Assembly (NCBI GenBank): GCA_964016885.1
Contig: OZ024745.1
Location: 13,702,001 to 13,766,000, forward strand
Reading direction: 5' to 3'
DNA: 64,000 bases
Source of the DNA: Eledone cirrhosa
Lineage: Eukaryota
Shown piece by piece: positions 40,977 to 54,554 of the stretch (its first letter is position 1; each line of letters begins with the position of its first letter). The translations under genes were made by a program, and so were the position numbers. The notes beneath the pieces were generated by a model. It did no database searches. It was not told the origin of the DNA and worked only from the letters and a program-made list of their open reading frames with translations.

Positions 40977-41153
40977 AAAAAGTATGACCCCTTGATAAAA
41001 TATATACACCATCTCCTCTCCCAATCAGCATAATCAACCACACAAAAAACCAATTATGGGGTCCTACTTTTTCCTATTTCCCACTCTACTACCCTAAGTA
41101 TTGAGTACTCTGCTGCGTTATGGTCCATCTGGTTCCTTACCACAATTCCTTTG

Positions 41154-41220
<67 letters not shown>

Positions 41221-41667
41221 GTTTGTTTTTATTTTGTTTTGTCTTTCTGTCTATTTTTACTTTTTCTATTGTAGTCAAAGACAAATAACGAAACCGAGAC
41301 AAATAAGAATACACACGTATATAGTCAGAGACATTTATATCTTTATTTTCATATGTAATCATTCTGTGTAAAGAGGGGAGATAGGAAAAGAGCATAACTA
41401 TGGTATCAGAGAGAAAACCAAACAAAATAACAGAAGAAAATATATGTAAACAATTTTCAGTGGTAAATATTATCAATAGAAGGAAAAAAAAAGCAAGATT
41501 TTCCGGAGGCAGTTATTAAGATGTCGTCTTTCTACTTTATACGGATCAACAATTGATGGTCAAAAATAGCAACTAATACCATGACGTGTGGTGTCGTCAC
41601 TGAGTAACATAACAGGTAAGTTCCCGGCAACTCGTCAACACTACATTATATATATATATATATGTGT

Positions 41668-41731
<64 letters not shown>

Positions 41732-41771
41732 ATCTGTCTATCTGTCTGTCTCTGCGTGTCTCTGTGTATAT

Positions 41772-41806
<35 letters not shown>

Positions 41807-41871
41807 ACTGTGTGTATATGTGTGTGTGTGTGTGTGTCCATCTGTCTGTCTCTGTGTCTCTCTGTGTATAT

Positions 41872-41906
<35 letters not shown>

Positions 41907-41908
41907 AC

Positions 41909-41955
<47 letters not shown>

Positions 41956-42032
41956 ATCTGTCTATCTGTCTGTCTCTGTGTGTCTCTGTGTATATACACA
42001 CACACACACGCACACACACATATATATATAAC

Positions 42033-42129
<97 letters not shown>

Positions 42130-42140
42130 CTGTGTACAAA

Positions 42141-43319
42141 CGAGGGTGGGCTGAAAAGTACATAGGCTGACTAAAAGGAATGATGCTAGAACTGTGAAGT
42201 CTTGCATGCATTAATTTCTTATTAATAACAACATTGTTTATTTTCAGGTAGACCTCTGGCTATTCACAAAAGACTTCAGTAACAACTAGAAGCGACTTCA
42301 CTTAAAAATGGATAAAATTTGGCATCGTGGTATTGTGAAGTACCTGCAGAAAAGGGGTTTAGACTCCAAGGGCATTCAGGCTCTCGTGGTTGTTCCAGCT
42401 TTATCAACATTGCAAGAGTGAACAGCTGAATTTCGGAGGGGAAGACAGAGTGTTGAAGATGACCCAATATCTGGTCGTCCTCTAACTACCATAACCAAGG
42501 AACACATTGATGGTGTTCAAAACATGGTGATGGATGACAGGCGATTGACTATAAATCAAATAGCCAATGCTATTAGCCTATCACGCGAGAGAGTTGAGAA
42601 TATTCTGCTCAATGAACTTAGTATGCCAGTGGATGGTATGTCTTCTGACTCGTGATTACATCACGGGAAAATCTGACATTGTTTGAGGCAGATCCAGCTG
42701 GTTTCCTTGGATGTTTCCTAACCCAAGATGTGTGTCGGATTCAGCCAGAGACAAAAAGACAATTAATGTAGTGGAAACACCCTTCCTCACCTGCTCCAAA
42801 GAAGGCCAAGATCGTTTCATCTGCAGGGAATGTGATGGCCTATTTTGGGGATACAAAAGGCATTGTATTTATTTATTTCAAAAGGGCCACACCATCAATG
42901 GAGAGTACTATGCCAACTTGCTGAGGCATTTACGAAACACCAAGGAAAACTGACAAAAGAGGTCTTGTTATATCAGGACAATGCTCCAGCACAAAGGTCC
43001 TTGGTTTCAATGGCTGCTGTGTGTGACTGTGGCTTTGCACAGGATGACCACTCTCCCAATTCTCCTCATTTGGTCCCATCTGACTACCATCTGTTCTCTA
43101 ACATAGAAAAACACTTGGCTGGGAACCAGTATAGCAGTGATGATTACTTCTTATCTGCTGTTGATGACTTTTTTTTCAGCAGGATGAAAACTTCTTCACC
43201 AATGTGATCCAAGCAGTGCAATCCCAATGGAAGAAGTGTGTGGATCACAAGGAGGACTATGTTGAAAAATAAACCTCATTTGGTCACATTTTATAAGAGT
43301 ATTTTAGTCAGCCTATGTA
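42141..43319 (+). mobile_element. Mariner (DD34D) transposon fossil, near full length
   Basis: Inverted ends tacataggctgactaaaa / ttttagtcagcctatgta. Degenerate transposase from ATG 42308 to TAA 43272 with EDDPISGRP, QKGHTINGEYY, QDNAPAQ, SPHLVPSDYHLF, DYVEK*. Confidence 0.9.
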
Positions 43320-43690
43320 TGTATATATATATATATATATATATACGTTTAGATATGTAAATTTATTAAAGAGTATTTAATACATGTAATAGAGTTTATA
43401 TATTTGTATTAAGTCGTTGATTAACTGTATAGATACTCCAAGTTTCATACAAGATACCCGTGTTCAAACTCTCTAAATGTGTGTGTGTATTCGTGATTAT
43501 GTGTGTTTATATATATACTGATGATATATATATATTTATATATATACACACACACACACACACACCATACGTTCCGTTTTTCAGTCTGTCTTTCCAACTT
43601 GTCACGCTTCTACTTACCTAAGCTATAAACACGTGTATATACACATGAACATAGAAACAATAATATATACGACTATTGGACCAAAGCACA

Positions 43691-43727
<37 letters not shown>

Positions 43728-43865
43728 GCGCGTGCGTGTGTGTGTGTGTGTGTGTGTGTGCGTGTATGTGTGTGTGTGCCTAGAAAGAGAAAGAAAGAGA
43801 CAGACAGAAGCCAACTAAATATATATATAGAGAGAGAGGGCCGTCTATTAATAATATTATAATAT

Positions 43866-43974
43866 AATTACTAAGGCTGTATAATATTACAATTACTAAG
43901 GCTGTATAATATTACAATTACTAAGGCTGTATAATATTACAATTACTAAGGCTGTATAATATTACAATTACTAA
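43866..43974. repeat. About 4 x 25 bp tandem repeat
   Basis: aattactaaggctgtataatattac. Confidence 0.9.
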
Positions 43975-44482
43975 TGCATTCTATCATTTTATATAAATTA
44001 GAGTGCATCTGTACATATATATAGGTGTGCGTACATATATGCATATATATATGTTTGTATGTGTAGTGTACATATATGCATATATATATATATATATAGG
44101 TTTGCGTACATATATGCATATATATATATATATATATATATGGGTGTGCGTACATATATGCATATATATATGTGTGTATGTGTAGTGTACATATATGCAT
44201 ATATATATATATATATATATGGATGTGTGTACATATGTGCATATATATATATATGTTTGTGTGAAGAGATATACATATGCATATATATATATGTGTGTGT
44301 GTATGTGTACATATATGCATATGTATATATATGTGTGTGTGTGTACATACATGCATATATATATATATAAGTGTGTGTATGTGTACATACATGTATTACA
44401 TGTATAAGTGTGCGCCTGTAATGCCTATTAGAAGTAATGTGTGAACAAAAAATTCAGTAATTAGGCAAACCGTAATCGATTA

Positions 44483-44535
<53 letters not shown>

Positions 44536-44739
44536 TTATGGTAAATATTGATGCAATTCACTTCAAGCACTCAACGTACTTATTCCACATAGGAGTGTCG
44601 GAGTATATATCGAATAAGAAAAAGCGAAGTAGTTTCAGATGTTAAAGTCCTTTCATGATAATGCTGTGCACAGAACCGTGTAGCCACTGTCGCCATTGAA
44701 ATATGTATCACAGCATCTGAAACTAATTTGCTTCTTCTT

Positions 44740-44811
<72 letters not shown>

Positions 44812-45074
44812 TATGTATACGTACATACATATATGTGTACAGACGCACAGTAGTATGTATATATATACATACATGCATGTATGTATATAGGTATCAGCCG
44901 TACTAAGAGTGAGAAATGAAATTTCGTTTCATTCTTTTCCATATATAGAGAGAGAGAGAGAATAAGAAGAAGCGAAGTAGTTTCAGATGCTGTGATACAT
45001 ATTTCAATGGCGACAGTGGTTACACGGTTCCGTGCACAGCATTATCATTAAATAATACCTATATACATATATAT

Positions 45075-45126
<52 letters not shown>

Positions 45127-45878
45127 TTTACAGAACCCTAGCGGAGATATTATAGATTCTATGTGATGTATATTATATGGTATATATTATGTGTTGTGTA
45201 TGATGTCGGCGGTACGGTCCATGTTAGTCAAAATGTTTTCCTGAGTTCAGTCATTTTCGTCGCTATGGTCACTGCGGCCCTTCTATCGGTCGCTGTCTTC
45301 AATTTGCAAAGCTGTCTAAACGTAATGTTATAATTCTAGGGTTATATACCTTATTGAGTGCTTAGCTGTACACCGAGACTGCATTCGTTAGCTTGGCTGC
45401 AACCAGAGCTTCGTTGATGCTGTACTAAATTTTTTATATATATATATATATATACTGTATATATATTATTATTACTATATATAGGGTGGTGGATTGGCAG
45501 TATCGGTAGAGAGTCGGACACCATGCTTTGAAGCATAGAGTTACGTCCCTTTATGATCTGAATTCAAATCCCGCCTCTCCTTCATTCTTAAAGTGTTGAA
45601 AAGTTCTGTATATATATATATATATATATAAAAGTTATGTATATATATATATATATTAGAAAATGATGGAGCCCAACGGCTGAACTCTAGCCGTTTCACT
45701 GGAACTAGCTGTTGAAACGGCAAGAGCTCAGCCGTCGGGCCCCGACTCTTTCTAATTTAGTCACACTCTGCTATCCTAATTATCGAGTACTCTGTTGAAT
45801 AATGGTCTAACTAGTTTAAAATTGGTTTAATCTTGACATTATATATATATATGTGTGTGTGTGTGCTTGTGTGTCTGT

Positions 45879-45944
<66 letters not shown>

Positions 45945-46036
45945 TGACTTCGCCACTGCCACGTCACAGTTCTTAGCCATTTTGAATTCGTTTCTGGCGG
46001 AGATCACTTAAGAAAATCCTTTGTCCAAATGAGTTT

Positions 46037-46116
46037 GTTTCCTGATGAGTTCGAAGCTCGAGATTTTATCCTTAATAGGATATTTCCGAAAGCGAACGAA
46101 ACCCTAGGGTAGAAAC
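46037..46116 (+). ncRNA. Type I hammerhead ribozyme motif
   Basis: Stem I gtttc/gaaac; CTGATGA at 46042-48; stem II GTTCG/CGAAC closing an extended hairpin; GAAA at 46098-101; palindromic stem III ACCCTAGGGT; cleavage triplet GUA (cut after 46111). Confidence 0.82.
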
Positions 46117-47440
46117 GTGATCATGGTATGTGTATATGCATTTTTTCTTCTAACTTTAATTTTATACCTAATTGTGTATGGTTGACGGTATATTTAATCG
46201 ATTTCCACGTGCTATTGAAATGTTGGGTAAATATTCTATGGCGGTTGGTCGCGAAGAGATTGCTGTCGTTTATTTATCTACTATTTCTTCATAGGTGCCT
46301 TTTAATCTTATAGCCTGGTCTAATTGATTTTTTGGTGTGGTTAATTATGCTAATTGGGAGAGGGAATAGTGTATATATATTATCAAATGATTCTATGGAC
46401 ATACTTTATAGTATATATATATATACAAATATAAATTAGCGAGAATCGTATTTCGGCTATTGGAAATTAGCGAAAAACAACTTCCGAGATGTGTGGCAAG
46501 CGCTCAATAGATTCTAACGAACCAGAGCTACAACATACGTTAAAAGACCAAACACACTGAGACGATGGTTAAACCATTATCCTCACAGCCATAGAAACGA
46601 CCAAGTAATTCGGGTCAAACAAATAAAAAAATATAATTGAAAAAAAAAATATATATATATATATATATATCTGCTTCTATCTTCCAAGTTGCTAATGTTA
46701 GAAATACTCATAAAAAATATAAACAATTATAACAGGCCTATCACAAAATTATAACAGGCCTATCACGGTATACTTATCCACTTGTAACCTACGGTCTATT
46801 GAAACTCTAGCTATTTATTCACGGCTGGGAACATTGAATTATTATGTAAATATAATTGTTCTCTTCGCGATCCTACTTACATTTTCCTTTAAAAGCTCCC
46901 ATCTACTTAATGTTGGCCGATTGACAGAACAGCATTAATACTGACGTGTCATTTATAACTAATGAAACTAGTCGCTTTGTTACCCATTTTAAGCTGACAG
47001 AGGTTCTGTGGCGCATGCACGTGTCTATTCCCAGCGTGACTGATTATATGTTTATTACATAAATCTTGTTAAATACATATTGATAACGGAAGTTATATTA
47101 AAATACAACAAGTCTCACAATCTCTGCTGATATCTTATGGTGTTGACTCCTGTATAATACTTCAGAAAAGATGGAGAATAGAACAAAATTGTTTTTCCAG
47201 AAGCAATTATTATTTTGTTTGTCAGACTACTTCATCAGAATCAACAATTAATCTAAAATTAGAACTGACAGAGGACAGTGTTATTGTGTAGGAGTTAAGT
47301 TGCGGGAGATACAACACTGCAATCTGTATGTACACATACACGGGTGTGTATATATATGTACACATATATGTGTGTGGGTGGGTGCATGTGTGTGTGTATT
47401 GAGAGAGAGAGAGAGAACGAGAGAGAGAGAGAGAGAGAGC

Positions 47441-47524
<84 letters not shown>

Positions 47525-47531
47525 GGGGGGG

Positions 47532-50500
47532 GGTGAATTGAAAGAGTGGTTAGATCGTCAGATAGAATGGTAGAGTGGTTAGAACGTCAGATAGAATGGT
47601 AAATTCGTTAGAACGTCAGATAGAATGGTAAACTCGTTAGAACGTCAGATAGAATGGCAGAGTGGTTAGAACGTCATATAGAATGGTAGAGTGGTTAGAA
47701 CGTCAGATAGAATGGTAAAGTCGTTAGAACGTCAGATAGAATGGCAGATAGAATGGTAGAGTGGTTAGAACGTCAGATAGAATGGTAGAGTGGTTAGAAC
47801 GTCAGATAGAATGGTAGAGTGGTTAGAACGTCAGATAGAATGGTAAAGTCGTTAGAACGTCAGATAGAATGGTAGAGTGGTTAGAACGTCAGATAGAATA
47901 GTAGAGTGGTTAGAACGTCAGATAGAATGGCAGAGTGGTTAGAACGTCAGATAGAATGGTAGAGTGGTTAGAACGTCAGATAGAATGGCAGAGTGGTTAG
48001 AACGTCAGATAGAATGGTAAAGTCGTTAGAACGTCAGATAGAATGGTAGAGTGGTTAGAACGTCAGATAGAATGGTAGAGTGGTTAGAACGTCAGATAGA
48101 ATGGCAGAGTGGTTAGAACGTCAGATAGAATGGTAGAGTGGTTAGAACGTCAGATAGAATGGTAAAGTCGTTAGAACGTCAGATAGAATGGCAAAGTGGT
48201 TAGAACGTCAGATAGAATGGCAGAGTGGTTAGAACGTCAGATAGAATGGTAGAGTGGTTAGAGCGTCAGATAGAATGGTAGAGTTGTTAGAACGTCAGAT
48301 AGAATGGTAGAGTGGTTAGAACGTCAGATAGAATGGTAGAGTGGTTAGAGCGTCAGATAGAATGGTAAAGTGGTTAGAACGTCAGATAGAATGGTAGAGT
48401 GGTTAGAACGTCAGATAGAATGGTAGAGTGGTTAGAACGTCAGATAGAATGGTAGAGTGGTTAGAACGTCAGATAGAATGGTAGAGTGGTTAGAGCGTCA
48501 GATAGAATGGTAAAGTGGTTAGAACGTCAGATAGAATGGTAGAGTGGTTAGAACGTCAGATAGAATGGTAGAGTGGTTAGAACTTCAGATAGAATGGTAG
48601 AGTGGTTAGAGCGTCAGATAGAATGGTAGAGTGGTTAGAACTTCAGATAGAATGGTAGAGTGGTTAGAACGTCAGATAGAGTGGCAGAGTCGTTAGAGCG
48701 TTAGATAGAATGGCAGAGTGGTTAGAACGTCAGCTAGAATGGCAGAGTCGTTAGAGCGTCAGATAGAATGGTAGAGTGGTTAGAGCGTCAGATAGAATGG
48801 TAGATTGGTTAGAACGTCAGATAGAATGGTAGAGTGGTTAGAACGTCAGATAGAATGGTAGAGTGGCTAGAGCGTCAGATAGAATGGTAGAGTGGTTAGA
48901 GCGTCAGATAGAATGGTAGAGTGGTTAGAACGTCAGATAGAATGGTAGAGTGGTTAGAGCGTCAGATAGAATGGCAGAGTGGTTAGAGCGTCAGATAGAA
49001 TGGTAGAGTGGTTAGAACGTCAGATAGAATGGTAGAGTGGTTAGAACGTCAGATAGAATGGTAGAGTGGTTAGAACGTCAGATAGAATGGTAAAGTGGTT
49101 AGAACGTCAGATAGAATGGTAGAGTGGTTAGAACGTCAGATAGAATGGTAGAGTGGTTAGAACGTCAGATAGAATGGTAAAGTGGTTAGAACGTCAGATA
49201 GAATGGTAGAGTGGTTAGAACGTCAGATAGAATGGTAGAGTGGTTAGAACGTCAGATAGAATGGTAGAGTGGTTAGAGCGTCAGATAGAATGGTAGAGTG
49301 GTTAGAGCGTCAGATAGAATGGTAGAGTGGTTAGAGCGTCAGATAGAATGGTAGAGTGGTTAGAACGTCAGATAGAATGGTAGAGTGGTTAGAGCGTCAG
49401 ATAGAATGGTAGAGTGGTTAGAGCGTCAGATAGAATGGTAGAGTGGTTAGAGCGTCAGATAGAATGGTAGAGTGGTTAGAACGTCAGATAGAATGGTAGA
49501 GTGGTTAGAGCGTCAGATAGAATGGTAGAGTGGTTAGAACGTCAGATAGAATGGTAGAGTGGTTAGAGCGTCAGATAGAATGGTAGAGTGGTTAGAACGT
49601 CAGATAGAATGGTAGAGTGGTTAGAGCGTCAGATAGAATGGTAGAGTGGTTAGAGCGTCAGATAGAATGGTAGAGTGGTTATAGAGTGGTTAGAACGTCA
49701 GATAGAATGGTAGAGTGGTTAGAGCGTCAGATAGAATGGTAGATTGGTTAGAGCGTCAGATAGAATGGTAGAGTGGTTAGAACGTCAGATAGAATGGTAG
49801 AGTGGTTAGAACGTCAGATAGAATGGTAGAGTGGTTAGAGCGTCAGATAGAATGGTAGATTGGTTAGAGCGTCAGATAGAATGGTAGAGTGGTTAGAGCG
49901 TCAGATAGAATGGTAGAGTGGTTAGAACGTCAGATAGAATGGTAGAGTGGTTAGAACGTCAGATAGAATGGTAGAGTGGTTAGAGCGTCAGATAGAATGG
50001 TAGAGTGGTTAGAGCGTCAGATAGAATGGTAGAGTGGTTAGAGCGTCAGATAGAATGGTAGAGTGGTTAGAACGTCAGATAGAATGGTAGAGTGGTTAGA
50101 ACGTTAGATAGAATGGTAGATTGGTTAGAACGTCAGATAGAATGGTAGAGTGGTTAGAACGTCAGATAGAATGGTAGAGTGGTTAGAGCGTCAGATAGAA
50201 TGGTAGAGTGGTTAGAACGTCAGATAGAATGGTAGAGTGGTTAGAACGTCAGATAGAATGGTAGAGTGGTTAGAGCGTCAGATAGAATGGTAGAGTGGTT
50301 AGAGCGTCAGCTAGAATGGTAGAGTGGTTAGAGCGTCAGATAGAATGGTAGAGTGGTTAGAACGTCAGATAGAATGGTAGAGTGGTTAGAACGTTAGATA
50401 GAATGGTAGATTGGTTAGAACGTCAGATAGAATGGTAGAGTGGTTAGAACGTCAGATAGAATGGTAGAGTGGTTAGAGCGTCAGATAGAATGGTAGAGTG

Positions 50501-51046
50501 GTTAGAACGTCAGATAGAATGGTAGAGTGGTTAGAACGTCAGATAGAATGGTAGAGTGGTTAGAGCGTCAGATAGAATGGTAGAGTGGTTAGAGCGTCAG
50601 ATAGAATGGTAGAGTGGTTAGAGCGTCAGATAGAATGGTAGAGTGGTTAGAACGTCAGATAGAATGGTAGAGTGGTTAGAACGTTAGATAGAATGGTAGA
50701 TTGGTTAGAACGTCAGATAGAATGGTAGAGTGGTTAGAACGTCAGATAGAATGGTAGAGTGGTTAGAGCGTCAGATAGAATGGTAAAGTGGTTAGAACGT
50801 CCGATAGAATGGTAGAGTGGTTAGAACGTCAGATAGAATGGTAGAGTGGTTAGAACGTCAGATAGAATGGTAGAGTGGTTAGAGCGTCAGATAGAATGGT
50901 AGAGTGGTTAGAGCGTCAGATAGAATGCTTTACAGTATTCAGCTTCAGCTTTCTGCACTCTGAGTTCAAATTCCGCCGAAGTCAACTTTGCCTTTCGTCC
51001 TTTCGATATCAATAAAAAAAAGTATAAGTCTAGTACTGGGGTCGAT
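47532..51046 (+). mobile_element. tRNA-derived SINE (Nin/Deu-like domain) whose head contains the 29-bp satellite
   Basis: Starts ggtgaattg..agagtggttaga. After the array it resumes atgctttacagtatt..ctgagttcaaattccgccgaagtcaactttgcctttcgtccttt..gtactggggtcgatt (B box at 50962-73). Confidence 0.8.
47543..50927. repeat. About 116 x 29 bp satellite
   Basis: Unit tggtagagtggttagaacgtcagatagaa with few variants (aac/agc, gta/gca, aga/aaa). Confidence 0.98.
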
Positions 51047-51213
51047 TCTTTCTATATCTCTTTCTAACTTCCTCTCTATCACTCTCCCTTCTTCTTTGGA
51101 AGAAATCGGCTCTGTTCAGACCTGGGGAGGGATGGGCTCCACCAGGTTTAACTTATCCAAGGTACGCTGTAGTCACTACCGCGCCTCTACGACCCAACTG
51201 GAGTTACGGATCA

Positions 51214-51592
51214 ATACATGCATACATACATACATGCATACATACATGCATACATACATGCATACATACATACATACATACATACATACATACATACATA
51301 CATACATACAAACATACATACATACATACATACATACATGCATAGATACATACATACATACATGCATACATACATACATGCATACATACATACATACATA
51401 CATACATACATACATACATACATACATACATACATACATACATACATGCATAGATACATACATACATACATACATACATACATACATACATACATACATG
51501 CATGCATGCATACATACATACATACATACATACATACATACATACATACATACATACATACATACATACATACATACAAACATACATACATG
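51214..51592. repeat. (CATA)n microsatellite
   Basis: About 95 tetranucleotide units. Confidence 0.97.
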
Positions 51593-51593
51593 C

Positions 51594-53331
51594 AAACTAA
51601 TTGGCTAAAAGAACTGGATCAGGACTACTGCCAACATGTCCAGACAAAACAATATGACATAGATGGGTCAATACTGGAAACAGCTCTACAGAAAATGTCG
51701 AATAGGAAATCACCAGGCCCAGACCTCATTACAGGATACTGGTTGAAGAATTTCACTTTCTATCGGCAAGATCTCATACGGCTGTTTACAGTAACCATTA
51801 AAGGCACACAAGAACTGCCCAGATGGTTATCAACTGCCACTACTCTCCTCATTCCCAAAAATAGCCAAACCACCCTTGCTAAAAATTACCGCCCAATAGC
51901 CTGCCAAAACATCATGTATACATTATATACTGGGTGCCTTAACCTGTTCTTACAGGATCACTCTGCTACCAACAACATCATAACACCTGAACAAGCTGGT
52001 GGAAAGAGGGAGGTCTGGGGTTGCATAGATCACCTACTAACTAATAAAATGATTCAAGAAAAAACAACAAAGAATCGCAGAAACATGACTGTGGTATGGC
52101 TGGACTATCAAAAAGCATTTGATAGTGTACCTCATGGGTGGATTATTAAGGCTTTACAGTTAGCCAAAGTCCCACAACCACTGGTAGCTGCTGTTGAACG
52201 TCTGACCAAGAACTGGTACACTAATTTGATCCTTAGAGGTGAGAAGGAGCAAGTTAAGACTGATAGGATACATTACCAGAAGGGCATCTTTCAGGGTGAT
52301 AGCTTGTCAGTACTACTCTTCGTTCTCTCACTAAATCCACTATCTTACCTACTCAGGAAACAAGGTGGACAAAGAAGTGGGTCCAGAAGTATCTCCCATC
52401 TTTTCTTTGTTGATGACCTGAAGTTGTATGGGCCAAATATCAATGACATCAAGAAACAATTGAACTTCATTACACAATTTTCAACAGACATCAAAATGAA
52501 ATTTGGTGAGTCCAAGTGTGCATATTTGGCAGTAAAACGTGGAAGAGCTGTGCTCTCCTCTAGAAATCTAGAAATGAACGGCCTGACAATACAACCTCTA
52601 CAGTCAGGTGACAACTACAGATATCTTGGACAGGATGAGAATGTCAGATATGATGGACCCATACATAAGGAGAGAACCAGAACCGAATACCTCAGAAGAG
52701 TAAAGAAAATATGGTCATCAGAACTGTCAGCGTACAACAAATACATTGCCCACAATACTTATGCTGTGCCAATTCTAACGCCAACATTTGGCCTGCTGAA
52801 CTGGTCATTGCAAGAACTAAGTGAGATGGATGTTAGAACTCGCAAACTTCTCAGTGTTACTGGGAACTTTAACATCAATGGTGATGTGGATAGGCTATAC
52901 TTCTCACGCAAGGAAGGTGGCCGGGGTCTAAAATCCTAATTAACATCATATGAGACCCGGATAGTAACACTGAAGCAACACCTTCAACAGAGGAAAAAGG
53001 TTGGCAACCATCTTGCCCAGGTTTATGAGCATGAAAAAAAATATATCATTAGAATAGCCACTGATCTGGAGGAGAGATATGGAATAAGGCCTGATATAAA
53101 TCTCTCACGCAGAGAAATCGGAAGATCTTATTTAATGTTCAAACAAGATGAAAAAATTGACCAATTTACAGAAAAAGTTGTGCATGGATACTTGAAACGT
53201 AAAACACAGACCACAGAGGGGATAAACCACTCAAAAAGCCTGGCATGGAGTTCCGACAGGTTTATGACATCACACCTTGAGGGATATCTCTATGCAATAC
53301 AGGAACAAGAACTCCCTACCAAATATCTGCT
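51594..53331 (+). mobile_element. Non-LTR retrotransposon RT (R4/Dong- or NeSL-like), truncated at both ends, one premature stop
   Basis: KSPGPDLI, LLIPK, NYRPIAC, WLDYQKAFDSVPH, GIFQGDSLS, SHLFFVDDLK, YRYLG, RKEGGRGL. The frame continues past TAA 52937-39 to EGYLYAIQEQELPTKY. The first ~125 codons of ORF 51218 are (CATA)n read-through. Confidence 0.92.
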
Positions 53332-53476
53332 GGTAATTTTTAGCAAGGGTGGTTTGGCTATTTTGGGGAATGAGGAGAGTAGTGGCAGTTGATAACCATC
53401 TGGGCAGTTCTTGTGTGCCTTTAATGGTTTCTGTAAACAGCCGTATGAGATCTTGCCGATAGAAAGTGAAATTCTT
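53332..53476 (-). mobile_element. Inverted 145-bp copy of the same RT element (51746-51890)
   Basis: Reverse complement matches with 2 substitutions; followed by a degenerate (TATG)n tract. Confidence 0.9.
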
Positions 53477-54039
53477 ATGTATATATGTGTGTATGTTTGT
53501 ATTTGTGTATGTATGTAAGTATGCTTAATGCATGCATGCACGTGTGTATGTAAAGTCTCTAATTTCTAAATCCTGTCCAGATATATTAAAATCTTCAGTA
53601 GACATTCTGTAAAGATCAGTTATTCCTGTGTTCCTAACATGAAGTTCTTTATCACAACTCAGCCCAAATCGGAAGAGAACCTGGTTGTTCATGCAGAAGG
53701 AAAAAGGATTGACCGTTGAACCGGACATGTAACGCGGTCGAAGTTACCTCGGACATTCAAACATATATGACATATATAACAATGTTCCTCTGTAGACAAA
53801 ATCATGGCGATAGTAGTCTTCTGATGAGGAGACAATAATCTCTGAATTCATGTTGTGTGGGGGGTGGGGAATAAGGGATTCTGCCAATCCACCTCCCAGA
53901 GGGAATAATGAAAAGTATTTACATTTTATTCTTTTCACCGGGTATGGTAAATTCCCCCCCCCCCTCACTCTATCTATCTCTACCTTCTGGTTCATTCCAA
54001 CCTCATTTATTAATTCTCTTCTATCACTCTTCTCTGTCT

Positions 54040-54074
<35 letters not shown>

Positions 54075-54472
54075 CCCATCCCAGTCAGTGACCGTCACCA
54101 ACATCTTATCATCACATCCACCCCCACATACACTATAGGCCAGTACACCCCTTTGATACTTCCCACCAATCAAAACAACTCATATTGTCAAACTCTTGAA
54201 CTTCTGTCTTTACCACATATCATGTATTTCATTTTCGTATAGCATTTTAAAGGGTCCGTCGAGCTGCCGATCATTGAGTCGGGTAGGATCGATACAGATC
54301 GAACCTTGAGCTGATCAGTGGCGAAACGCGCGTCACCTACGGCTATTTCCGTCGAAACGTGTTGAGCTCTGCCCTCGGGATCATACATTTTCCTATTACC
54401 CACTCTACTACTCTAAGTATTGAGTACTCTGGTGCGTTATGGTCCATCTGGTTCCTTACCACAACTCCTTCG

Positions 54473-54554
<82 letters not shown>

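Noticed and set aside
47543-50927. CRISPR-like regular array (also 14313-14806 and 61212-62557)
   Set aside because: Units are contiguous with no unique spacers, there are no cas genes, and the context is eukaryotic.
53816-53850. CTGATGA GGAGA..TCTCT GAAT
   Set aside because: GAAA core mutated and no stem I/III partner.
54260-54340. GAAACGCGCGTC hammerhead 3' half; also an isolated CTGATGAAGGAC at about 54887
   Set aside because: No intact CUGANGA in register for the first and no GAAA half for the second.
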